The notes under the pieces are model-generated. The model saw only the letters and a program-made list of their open reading frames with translations, was not told where the DNA came from and did not search any database. A stretch of 64,000 nt of DNA from a bacterium. GTDB lineage: Bacteria > Bacteroidota > Ignavibacteria > Kapaibacteriales > UBA2268. Every line of letters begins with the position of its first letter. Position 1 is the stretch's first letter. Of the stretch, positions 40,180-49,222 are shown piece by piece. The translations under genes and the position numbers were made by a program. The stretch covers positions 76,097-140,096 of the forward strand of contig JANJTB010000031.1 in the NCBI GenBank assembly GCA_024711295.1. The letters run 5' to 3'.

Positions 40180-40234
40180 AAAAAAAGTAACACGGATGAA
40201 AGAGAGAAGCCTTTATAAAACTCCTCTCTTCATC
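40180..40234 (-). terminator. Imperfect hairpin plus T7 after the multiheme gene (partial terminator or stabiliser)
   Basis: GATGAAAGAGAGAAG...CTCCTCTCTTCATC (40195-40234) with an A-run at 40180-40186. Confidence 0.5.
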
Positions 40235-40246
40235 ATGTATCTTTCT

Positions 40247-41314
40247 TTATTGCAATGCATTAATAGCATTTTTGATTACAGCTTTGATGTACTTAGGATT
40301 GTGTATACCCCAGCTTTGGTCAGCTGCAGCCCAACGATAGTTGTACAAAGCAGCAGCATGTAATGTGGGGTATGAGCCTGGTACAGCTGCATCATGTTCC
40401 CAATGACCATGACTGCTTGTTGTGTCAATCATTTTCTTGGTAACAAGAATTTCTCTTAATTGGGTTAAGAGATTTCTTGTTTCTGTTTGTGTACCATAAA
40501 AGTCAAAGTTTGTAACATTAGCATCAGTATGACAACCTTTACAAACAGATATATTATCAACTAAAGTAGTACCATTATCATATTTCATTTTCATTGTATG
40601 ACCACCAGCCTGAGCGCCATAAGCTTTGCCCATGTGACAATCAACACAAGAATTTTGCAATACGTTCATGTGAACAACAGTTTTATTGTATGGTTCGGGT
40701 CCGGGTATTTCGAAAGCACCATTACCAACAAATGCATTGGCTGCTGAACTGTAGTGAGGACCAAAATGTGATGAACCAACTCTATAAGTTGAGTCTGTTT
40801 TGGTAATGTCAATCATTGGTGATAAAGCCCTGGTTTGGTGACACATAGCACAAACGCTTCCTTTACCAAAATTGTGAGTTGTATTTGACATACGGAATTT
40901 TACATCACCGGTATAAGTAAGTTCCCAATCTGTCTGATCGCTTTTTCTATGAACATGGTGACAGGTACGACAATTTTGACCTGTTGGATTCATAACTTCT
41001 GCTTTTGTGTTAAATTCACCGGAAGAAGCGACTTCAAGGAAACCGTCATTGGTGTGGCATGGCGCACATGTAGCAGCTGAACGCTCAAAAGAAGTACCCT
41101 TACCATGTTGTGAGTTTTCCCATTGCAATTGTTTTGCAAATAACAGATTAGTTGAGTTATGACAAGTCGCGCATTGCTCTTGGCCATCTTTACCATCAGT
41201 ACCGGCTAATCCGTCTTTTCCTGCAGGACCTTCGCAAGATGTTATAAACAATGTTACACTTGCTAATGTTGCTACCAGCAACATCGAAAAAATCTTTGAC
41301 AAAAAGTTATTCAT
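40247..41314 (-). CDS. Hexaheme c-type cytochrome lipoprotein
   Basis: Lipobox ITSC, G-X-X linker, six CXXCH motifs (CATCH, CAPCH, CRTCH, CAMCH, CVDCH, CKGCH), C-terminal DQSWGIHNPKY; GGAG RBS. Confidence 0.92.
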   Translation of the reverse strand: MNNFLSKIFSMLLVATLASVTLFITSCEGPAGKDGLAGTDGKDGQEQCATCHNSTNLLFAKQLQWENSQHGKGTSFERSAATCAPCHTNDGFLEVASSGEFNTKAEVMNPTGQNCRTCHHVHRKSDQTDWELTYTGDVKFRMSNTTHNFGKGSVCAMCHQTRALSPMIDITKTDSTYRVGSSHFGPHYSSAANAFVGNGAFEIPGPEPYNKTVVHMNVLQNSCVDCHMGKAYGAQAGGHTMKMKYDNGTTLVDNISVCKGCHTDANVTNFDFYGTQTETRNLLTQLREILVTKKMIDTTSSHGHWEHDAAVPGSYPTLHAAALYNYRWAAADQSWGIHNPKYIKAVIKNAINALQ

Positions 41315-41402
41315 AATAACTCCAAATAAATGATTAATACAATTGTTTTTAATTACTATTAAAATTAAAACTTTGTAAATTTACTCAATACTTTTATTAA
41401 AT

Positions 41403-41410
41403 CAAAATTA
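41403..41410 (-). promoter_or_regulatory. Candidate -7 promoter element for the cytochrome operon
   Basis: TAATTTTG on the minus strand; a second TACATTTG at 41632-41639. Confidence 0.4.
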
Positions 41411-41728
41411 ATTTTTGTTTAATATTTAGGATATTCTATATATTGTTTTATCTTCATCAATAAATGTAGTTGAAAGCGTTTTTATTATAACTTAATCGAA
41501 TCAATATATACTCTATTTATTTAATATTCAGTCACTTAGTAGCATTTATTTATATTATTAATATATACTGTTTATTAGTCCCATTTCTGAATTAATTATT
41601 TTTCTACATATTACAACATATTACATATCAACAAATGTACACTCTTTACTAATTAAATTTGTCAATAAAAATCATCATAAAATTTTAGTTGCTTCTAATA
41701 TATTAAATAGCTTATTAAAATTAATGTT

Positions 41729-42727
41729 TTAAAAATCTAGCATTTCAATAGCAATATTATACACATCATCTACAGAAATTGAACTCATATCATCATTATA
41801 TTTACCAGATAATGTAATTGGTTCAGGCGAAAATATGTGACTTTTTGTCCATAATGGACCCCACCTTTTTGAAGACATGCTTGGAGTATTGGGGAAAAAT
41901 GTTAAAACTGGTATTTGCATTGACGCTGCTATATGAAGTACACCTGTTGAATTGGCTACCAATAAATCAGACCTTCTGATCAACTTTATAAGTTGTTCCA
42001 AACTTAACAGTTCGTATAAATTAACAGTGTTAGCATTATTAGATAATAAGCTGCATATATCTTTATCTTGTCCGGTACCTGTAATGAAAATTAAAAGTTC
42101 TTCGAATTTACTTAGCCTTTTAATTAATTCATCGAGCTTTGATATTGGTATATCTAATGAAGAGCCTCTCGAGCCTGGATGTATAATCATTGTTTTTTTA
42201 TTCTTAGGATTATACTTAGTTATCAGATTATTTATATCAAGTGATACATTATCACTTATAATTGGAATTACAGGTTTAGGATTATGTTTGGATTTAATTA
42301 TGCTTTCAAACATTCTAAGATTATAATCTGCTTCGTGGTATTCAGAGATTTTTCGATGGTCATAGATTTTATGATTAAAAAAAATTGAGTAAAAACGGTA
42401 TGCACTGCCAATCCTTAATGGAATTCTGTTTTTGAATGCTGAGAATGCTTCATCAAATTTAGGCATAGGAAAAAAAGCGACATCAAATTGATTATTTTTA
42501 AATACATTATCAATACCGTTTAATTTATCAACCAAAAAATATTTATCAACATATAAATTTTTCAATAAAGGTTCATTTACAGAATTCGCTACAATCGAAA
42601 CACATAAATTAGGGTTGTATTCCTTTAATGCTCTTGCAAGTGGTAAAGTCAGTACCATATCACCAATTTTGTCGGTTCGTACTATGACTATTTCACTTGA
42701 ATTATCAAACTTCTCAATAATTTTCAT
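41729..42727 (-). CDS. Glycosyltransferase family 9 (LPS heptosyltransferase-like)
   Basis: RTDKIGDMVLTLP, HEADYNL, IHPGS, NSTGVLHIAA and RWGP motifs. Confidence 0.9.
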   Translation of the reverse strand: MKIIEKFDNSSEIVIVRTDKIGDMVLTLPLARALKEYNPNLCVSIVANSVNEPLLKNLYVDKYFLVDKLNGIDNVFKNNQFDVAFFPMPKFDEAFSAFKNRIPLRIGSAYRFYSIFFNHKIYDHRKISEYHEADYNLRMFESIIKSKHNPKPVIPIISDNVSLDINNLITKYNPKNKKTMIIHPGSRGSSLDIPISKLDELIKRLSKFEELLIFITGTGQDKDICSLLSNNANTVNLYELLSLEQLIKLIRRSDLLVANSTGVLHIAASMQIPVLTFFPNTPSMSSKRWGPLWTKSHIFSPEPITLSGKYNDDMSSISVDDVYNIAIEMLDF

Positions 42728-42776
42728 TATTTTTACAAAAGATTTCTTTATAATATTGTAAATATAATGATTTTCG

Positions 42777-43556
42777 ATGAAACAACCCTTAAGTGTTTGC
42801 TATATATCCTATAATGAAAGCGATAGAATTGCAGTTTCAATTAATTCGGTAATTGACTTCGCCACTCAAATAGTAGTTATTGACTCATACTCAAGCGATT
42901 CTACCAAAGAAATTGCAGAAAATTTAGGAGCTGAAGTTTTCTTATCGGAATGGAAAGGTTTTGTTGAGCAAAAGAATTTTGCTATCAACAAAGCAAATCA
43001 GGATTGGATTCTGTTGCTCGATTGTGACGAAGTAGTAAGTGATGAATTAAAGCAAAGTATTATAGATGCTATAATAAATGACAAAATTGGATTTTATAGT
43101 ATTAATAGGAAAACTCATTATTTGGGAAAACTTATGAAATATTCATGGCAGCCGGACAGGGTTGTCAGATTATTGCATAAATCACTTAATCCCAAATTTA
43201 CAGGTGAATTGGTACATGAAAAAATTGATATGAAAGATTATAAATCTAGCACGTTATCCGGTAACCTGATTCATTATTCTTACAGAAATATCAGGGAGCA
43301 TTTTGAGAAAACCACTAAATACTCTGAATTGTCTGCTTTAAGTTACCAAAAAATAGGAAAAAAATCAAAATTAGTCAACCTAATAATTAATCCTTTATTT
43401 GCATTTATTAACATGTACATCTTAAAATTAGGAATATTGGACGGATGGCGAGGAATAATCGCTGCTTTCAGCAGTATGACAGGTACATTTTTGAAATATG
43501 CAATTTTGAGGGAACTAAATCAAACAACCAGTGCACACTTGCCAAAATCAAAATGA
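42777..43556 (+). CDS. Glycosyltransferase family 2 (WaaE/KdtX-like)
   Basis: DSYSSDST, QKNFA, LDCDE, VHE, HYSY and LDGWRG motifs. Confidence 0.9.
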   Translation: MKQPLSVCYISYNESDRIAVSINSVIDFATQIVVIDSYSSDSTKEIAENLGAEVFLSEWKGFVEQKNFAINKANQDWILLLDCDEVVSDELKQSIIDAIINDKIGFYSINRKTHYLGKLMKYSWQPDRVVRLLHKSLNPKFTGELVHEKIDMKDYKSSTLSGNLIHYSYRNIREHFEKTTKYSELSALSYQKIGKKSKLVNLIINPLFAFINMYILKLGILDGWRGIIAAFSSMTGTFLKYAILRELNQTTSAHLPKSK

Positions 43557-44668
43557 CATTCATTACTGAATAATGGTAATTCAAGTGACCTCGCAGTTAC
43601 TTCCAAAAGTAATTGTTCCAAAAGTTTTGAACTATGTTTGTTAATAGTGTTACTACTAAATCTATGCCTTACATAGCTGTTAAAATCTAATTTAGAATAG
43701 TCCTGAGTATATAATGTAAGTCTTGAAATACCATTTTCATCCTTTAGAAGCATCTGGTTTGCTACCCAGCTATTAACTAAGGGTTGCGGGTCTTCCTTTA
43801 GAAGATGAAACTTCTCAAATCGTTTTTGAAATAAATTCGGTAAATTGTCATTAAATATTTTAGTTCTGTTTTGTAATCTTTTTTTTACAATATCAAGAAA
43901 AAGAATCTCTCTTTTGCACAAAAAATCTCTCAACTCAGACTCATCCTTGATACCAAGCTTGTTAGCAATCTTATTGTTTTTCATTGTAAAGTAAACTCTA
44001 GAAGCATCATTAATTAGCTTTTGTGAAGGGGAAACACGCGACAGACAGCATCCAAGTTCTCTATCACGATAGTTCTTATGATAATTTATTTTAAGATCTG
44101 ATGCGGGATAAATACTCTTTACTGAAACGATGCTTTTTTCGGATCCGTTTGTAAGAAAAGAATTACTTACGATGCTTCTTTCCTTCAGATTATTTAATAA
44201 TTCCATCCATATATCGACAGTTTCGTCAAAGCACACTTTATAAGCAAGAACAAAACCAGTTAAAGAGTCAATTGCAAATGCAATGTACATTTCATTACAG
44301 TCACTTCTATTCCAGGAGCAATGGAATTTCTTGCCTGAAAGGTAAATTTGCCTCGGTGTGTGATTATTGACAGACAAATCAACAAACTCATGCCAGTCTG
44401 GTGCTCTTTTCAGGTAGTCTCTTATGATAGTATTTATTCTTGTTGGAGTAGAATGATACTGTTTAGATAATTCACGAATTGTTTTACCATTTAAGTAGTC
44501 ATGAGCCATTTTTGGCAAATTCTTAATGTTATGATAATTCGTTTTGCTTGACCAAGTTTTACCACATGTAAAACATCGGTATCTCTGAACTCCCAAAGAA
44601 GTTTGTCCATGACGAATAATATCTGTGCTGCGACAATAAACGCAAGACTTTACCATAATGAAACTCAA
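43520..44668 (-). CDS. IS256/Mutator-type transposase-derived protein with Zn ribbon and HTH; catalytic residues apparently lost
   Basis: CVYC...QRYRCFTC, HTH (KTIRELSKQY), RNase-H-like core aligning to IS256 (ETVDIWMELLNNLKER...TNG...IYP). Alternative ATG start at 44656. Confidence 0.65.
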   Translation of the reverse strand: MSFIMVKSCVYCRSTDIIRHGQTSLGVQRYRCFTCGKTWSSKTNYHNIKNLPKMAHDYLNGKTIRELSKQYHSTPTRINTIIRDYLKRAPDWHEFVDLSVNNHTPRQIYLSGKKFHCSWNRSDCNEMYIAFAIDSLTGFVLAYKVCFDETVDIWMELLNNLKERSIVSNSFLTNGSEKSIVSVKSIYPASDLKINYHKNYRDRELGCCLSRVSPSQKLINDASRVYFTMKNNKIANKLGIKDESELRDFLCKREILFLDIVKKRLQNRTKIFNDNLPNLFQKRFEKFHLLKEDPQPLVNSWVANQMLLKDENGISRLTLYTQDYSKLDFNSYVRHRFSSNTINKHSSKLLEQLLLEVTARSLELPLFSNECHFDFGKCALVV

Positions 44669-44862
44669 TCAACAAAAAAATATAATTTTAACAAGAAATT
44701 CATTAAATAATTTACAAATTAAACGAAAAAATAATTATTATCAAAATAATATATATTCATTTCTTGATATTTAGATAAATTATTTTGTATTTTTTTCATA
44801 GCATATTTGGGCATAAATTTTGATAATGCTAAATTATATGAAATAATAATACAAAAATTCTA

Positions 44863-45414
44863 ATGACAGGTACAATATTAAAATATATTTTGATTGTTTT
44901 GATTGCCGGAGTTTTCTTTAATTCTTGCCAATCAACAATAAGGTTTTCATCCAAAACTACCTCAACCAAAAAAATCAAAGCCAAAAATGTTATCAAGACT
45001 GAGATAAGCGATAATGAAAATGTTAAAATATATGAAGATAGTGAAATTTGTTTAGTAGCTGAAGAATGGATAGGTACACCATATAAATTTGGTGGTACAG
45101 ATCGTAGCGGTATTGACTGTTCTGGATTAGTTCAACAAGTTTTTAGTACACTCGGAAAAGAATTACCTCGTACATCACAGCAACAATATGATTTTGTAAG
45201 TAAAGTAGAATTTCTAGATAAAAAAGCAGGAGACCTGATATTCTTTAAGAACAAAAAGTCAATAAATCATGTTGGTATTTACGTTGGTAATGGATATATG
45301 ATACACGCTTCTACATCATCCGGTGTAATCAGACAATCAATTTTTGAAAATTATTTTGTCAAAAATCTTGCAGGAATTGGCAGAGTTAAAATTTCTTCGG
45401 GCCAAAGTGATTAA
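44863..45414 (+). CDS. NlpC/P60 (C40) cell-wall peptidase lipoprotein
   Basis: Lipobox FNSC, GTPYKFGG, DCSG, HVGIY and HAS motifs. Confidence 0.93.
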   Translation: MTGTILKYILIVLIAGVFFNSCQSTIRFSSKTTSTKKIKAKNVIKTEISDNENVKIYEDSEICLVAEEWIGTPYKFGGTDRSGIDCSGLVQQVFSTLGKELPRTSQQQYDFVSKVEFLDKKAGDLIFFKNKKSINHVGIYVGNGYMIHASTSSGVIRQSIFENYFVKNLAGIGRVKISSGQSD

Positions 45415-45416
45415 TA

Positions 45417-46205
45417 TTAAGGTTTGTATGCTTCAATATAAGCAGAAATAACAAAATCACTTATGTTGGTATTAGGTACCCACTCCTTCATAAACTCCTT
45501 ACTTTCTTCTTTAGGTTCAATTTTGATTTGATCGAAACCACTATTTAACAAATAATTTTTCAATTCAAGTACAGTTGAAGCACCAGATATACATGCCGAG
45601 TGATAAAAAAGGTCACTCTTGAATTTTTCCGGTATTTCGCCAGATGCTACAACATCAGAAATAGCTAATCTCCCACCCTTTTTTAATACTCTGAAACACT
45701 CATCAAAAACTCTTTGTTTCTCAGGTGATAGATTAATAACACAATTTGAAATAATAACATCTACATAATTATCAGAAATAGGCAAATTCTCTATTTCACC
45801 CAATCTGAATTCAACATTAGTGAAACCACCCTTTATTACATTATTCCTTGCTTTACTTACCATATCTGGTGTCATATCTACACCAATAACTTTACCGAAT
45901 TTTCCAACTTCTTTAGAACATAAAAAAGCATCAAATCCACCACCGCTGCCTAAATCGAGAACGTATTCACCAGTTTTGAGTGAAGCAATGGCTCTTGGAT
46001 TCCCGCAACCCAAACCCATATTTGCGCCTTCTGGTACAAATTTAACATCATCATCTGAATATCCCATTCCCAATGACAGACTTGATTCCGAAACAATATT
46101 GTTGGAGGGTGAGCAACATGAATTGCCACCCAAAACATTAAGTGCTACATTTGCGTAATTCTTTCTCACACTAGCTCTGATCAAATCATTTTTATTATCA
46201 ATCAT
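45417..46205 (-). CDS. arsM: Arsenite methyltransferase
   Basis: SCC, GLGCGNP, LDLGSGGGFD, SNCVINL and ACISGA motifs. Confidence 0.88.
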   Translation of the reverse strand: MIDNKNDLIRASVRKNYANVALNVLGGNSCCSPSNNIVSESSLSLGMGYSDDDVKFVPEGANMGLGCGNPRAIASLKTGEYVLDLGSGGGFDAFLCSKEVGKFGKVIGVDMTPDMVSKARNNVIKGGFTNVEFRLGEIENLPISDNYVDVIISNCVINLSPEKQRVFDECFRVLKKGGRLAISDVVASGEIPEKFKSDLFYHSACISGASTVLELKNYLLNSGFDQIKIEPKEESKEFMKEWVPNTNISDFVISAYIEAYKP

Positions 46206-47605
46206 TTACATTCTCCTCTTAACATATTTATAATGATTTCCATTTTCATTCCTCTTGAACCTTTTACTAATACAGAGTCATTTTCCTGAAGATGATTTTT
46301 TAAATAGTTTGAAACTTGTTCATGAGAGTCAAACGTTAACACTTTATCAGAATTCATACTTCTATGAGCTTTTTTAAATTCATCTCCTAGAATAATAATT
46401 TGCTCACATACTTCCTCGGCAAACCTAAGAACATTTTTGTGCTCTTCTTCTGCAGAATCACCTAACTCTTTCATATCTCCTAATATTGCAAATTTTCTAC
46501 CTATTGAGTTTAGCAATCCGATGTTTTTTAATGCAGCAATCATAGAGTCAGGATTTGCATTATAAGTGTCATTGTAAAAAGAAAAATCTCCAAGATTGAC
46601 TTTTGCCATTCTTCCATAGCTGTCATTTGCCTGTAGAGGTTCGAAACTTTCCAAAGCTTTTATTATATCTACTTTTGGAACCCCAAAATGCAAACCTACA
46701 GTAATTGCAGCTATTGAATTAAGTGCAGATGTATAGCCTATTGTATTAAGATTTACTTCAAAACCTTCACTAATTTGAAGATACTTTACTTTGGGATGTA
46801 AGTCTCCATCAAGCTCATATATAAATTTATGTTGAGCATGTTCATGAATACCATATGTTGTGAATTTACCCATAACATGACCATATTTGTTGAGTCTTTC
46901 ATCATCATAATTAATAAATGCAAATCCATCGCTTCGAACTGATGAAAAAAGATATGTTTCCTCTAATTCTACTCCATCCAAATCAATAAGAAATTCCAAA
47001 TGTTCTTTACCAATATTTGTAATTAAGGCGTGTGTAGGATTAACAATATTTGCAAGTGTATAAATTTCACCAGGTGTATTAGTTCCAATTTCCAAAACTG
47101 CCATATCATAAGTATCATCAAGTTGCATAAGCATAAGAGGTACACCAATTTGATTGTTGTAATTTCCGTATGTTTTAAGAACATTAAATTTACAAGACAG
47201 TACTCTAGAAATCATCTCCTTGGTAGTAGTCTTACCGTTCGACCCTCCTACTCCAATAATTGGTAACTTGAATTTTAACCTGTGAAATTTTGCAATTTCA
47301 CCCAAAGCATCAATTGTATTTTCAACAGCAATAAAGGATTTGTCATCGAAATATTCAGAGTTTTTTTCCAAATATTCCCGGTTGATTATGCAAATTGAAG
47401 CACCATCATTGTATGCTTTATGAACAAAGTCATGACCATCATATTTTTCTCCTTTGATTGCTACAAATATATTTCCATTTTCAATTTCTCTTGAATCGGT
47501 AGTTACACCGATAATCTTTGAAGTTTCATCAATTCCCGAAATTATTGAATTTTCAAAAATAGCACTCAATTCAATTCCATTTAGCTCGACATTGTTTTTA
47601 AGCAT
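46202..47605 (-). CDS. murF: UDP-MurNAc-tripeptide--D-Ala-D-Ala ligase
   Basis: TDSR, GSNGKTTTKE, NNQIGVP, DTYNANP, LGDMKELG and KGSRG motifs. Confidence 0.96.
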   Translation of the reverse strand: MLKNNVELNGIELSAIFENSIISGIDETSKIIGVTTDSREIENGNIFVAIKGEKYDGHDFVHKAYNDGASICIINREYLEKNSEYFDDKSFIAVENTIDALGEIAKFHRLKFKLPIIGVGGSNGKTTTKEMISRVLSCKFNVLKTYGNYNNQIGVPLMLMQLDDTYDMAVLEIGTNTPGEIYTLANIVNPTHALITNIGKEHLEFLIDLDGVELEETYLFSSVRSDGFAFINYDDERLNKYGHVMGKFTTYGIHEHAQHKFIYELDGDLHPKVKYLQISEGFEVNLNTIGYTSALNSIAAITVGLHFGVPKVDIIKALESFEPLQANDSYGRMAKVNLGDFSFYNDTYNANPDSMIAALKNIGLLNSIGRKFAILGDMKELGDSAEEEHKNVLRFAEEVCEQIIILGDEFKKAHRSMNSDKVLTFDSHEQVSNYLKNHLQENDSVLVKGSRGMKMEIIINMLRGECK

Positions 47606-47715
47606 AAAAAATCAAAAAATATTTAATAAAAACACTTTTGACGTTTTTTATTAGCTTAAATTTAAATTACTTTTGTAAATAAATTTTATGTGAATATATG
47701 CAGGTATAATAAAAA

Positions 47716-48237
47716 TTGAAAAAAGTTTTATATTTTCTTTTTGCATTAGGGTTTATAATTTGGTTTGGTGGTTCAATTGTCAGAAATGTTATAATTTTTG
47801 ATTTATTTGTGCCTGCTCAGGAATTAACCTTCGAGCCGAAGTATGATGATTCAATAATCAATTATAATATTGAGTTATATGTTGCAACGTCACTATATAC
47901 TAATGTTTCTTATGCAGTAATTTTTGTAATATCATTAATTTTGCTTTATTCTGAAAGAAGAAATCTCCGGCAACATGGCTGGTTGTTTATGTCATTTATT
48001 GTATTCTTTATTGCTTCTCCCATAATTATCTATAATATTTATTTAGATTTAGGATTAAGTTTTGCAATTTTTTATCATGACTTCTCATTCCTGAATTATG
48101 ACATAAAAACAGAAATTTTTAACAGATACAAAAGTAATTTAAATACTGTTTTGTCAGGTATATCATATTTAAGCACAATTACAATATTGTTTTATGTTAT
48201 ATGGAAACCATTGAAGAATCCGAATGATAAAACATAA
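47716..48237 (+). CDS. Hypothetical membrane protein (4 TM)
   Basis: Hydrophobic segments, TTG start, promoter motif TACTTTTG at 47668-47675. Confidence 0.65.
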   Translation: MKKVLYFLFALGFIIWFGGSIVRNVIIFDLFVPAQELTFEPKYDDSIINYNIELYVATSLYTNVSYAVIFVISLILLYSERRNLRQHGWLFMSFIVFFIASPIIIYNIYLDLGLSFAIFYHDFSFLNYDIKTEIFNRYKSNLNTVLSGISYLSTITILFYVIWKPLKNPNDKT

Positions 48238-48481
48238 TTATCACAAAGACTTAAAGTCCTTATGTAATAATTTGGGTATAAAAATACTATCACTTAAAGA
48301 ACCCGAAGAAATTGGACTATGTGTTGTAAACGGAGTAAAATATATCATTCTTGACAAAGAATTTAATGAACTCACAAAAGCTGAGCATCTAGCAATCGTA
48401 ATAAGCTCAATTGGTATTGATAATTTATATATTCCGCCCTATTTACGAGAATTCATTGAAATTTCTACGAGAAAAAATTGA
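48224..48481 (+). CDS. Small hypothetical protein
   Basis: Overlaps both neighbours in an operon-like arrangement; GLC..NG..YIILDK and YIPPYLRE motifs. Confidence 0.65.
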   Translation: MIKHNYHKDLKSLCNNLGIKILSLKEPEEIGLCVVNGVKYIILDKEFNELTKAEHLAIVISSIGIDNLYIPPYLREFIEISTRKN

Positions 48482-49221
48482 TATTTGAACACTATATATT
48501 ACTTCTTGCGGTTGGAGTATTTTCCGGTTTTATTAATGTAGTTGCCGGGGGTGGTTCAATACTAACTGTGCCATCACTGATTTATGTTGGATTGGAAGCT
48601 ACCGTAGCAAACGGAACAAACAGAATTGCTATTTTTATCCAAAGCATTACTGCTGTAGGTACTTTATGGAAAGAAGTTAGGGATAATTTGAATTTTTATA
48701 TTAAGCTTTCCTTGATTACTATTCCAGGCTCAGTTGGTGGAGCAATTGCGGCAACTAAAGTCTCTAATGATTTGCTTGAAATAATAATAGGTATTGTGAT
48801 GATTATGATAATTGCAACAATTCTATATCCTGTCAAAAAGTTGAAACAAGTAGAACCTAATCCCAAAATCACTCTAAATGTAGCATTAGTTCTACTTATT
48901 GCAGGAGTTTATGGAGGATTTTTACAAATAGGTGTGGGTTTTATATTAATGGCAATTTTTCATAGATTAATGAATTATGATTTAGTTCGTGTAAATATTA
49001 TGAAGGTTTTCGTGGTAACATTTTTTACATTGCCTGCAATAATTGTTTTTTTGATGCAGGGGAAAATTGTCTATTTACCAGGCATTATTCTTGCAATAGG
49101 CAATGCAATAGGTGCATGGGCGTCTGCTAAAATTTCTATGAAAAAAGGAGAAAAATTCATTAAGTTTTTTCTAATTGTTGCAATTTTGATGATATCAATG
49201 CAATTGCTGGGAATATTTTAA
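48478..49221 (+). CDS. Sulfite exporter TauE/SafE family
   Basis: SGFINVVAGGGS, ANGTNR and GVYGGF.QIGVG motifs; about 8 TM segments. Confidence 0.9.
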   Translation: MIFEHYILLLAVGVFSGFINVVAGGGSILTVPSLIYVGLEATVANGTNRIAIFIQSITAVGTLWKEVRDNLNFYIKLSLITIPGSVGGAIAATKVSNDLLEIIIGIVMIMIIATILYPVKKLKQVEPNPKITLNVALVLLIAGVYGGFLQIGVGFILMAIFHRLMNYDLVRVNIMKVFVVTFFTLPAIIVFLMQGKIVYLPGIILAIGNAIGAWASAKISMKKGEKFIKFFLIVAILMISMQLLGIF

Positions 49222-49222
49222 T

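Noticed and set aside
40247-41314. Calling the multiheme protein NrfA nitrite reductase
   Set aside because: It has six CXXCH motifs and no CXXCK, carries a lipoprotein tether, and has no nrfH or nrfBCD neighbour.
43520-44668. Active insertion sequence
   Set aside because: No inverted repeats or target duplication were seen, catalytic residues appear substituted, and the 3' end overlaps the neighbouring gene.
44807-44824. Sigma-54-like site TTGGGCATAAATTTTGAT upstream of the NlpC/P60 gene
   Set aside because: It is GG-N10-GA rather than GG-N10-GC and mismatches the TGGCAC consensus; too weak to call.
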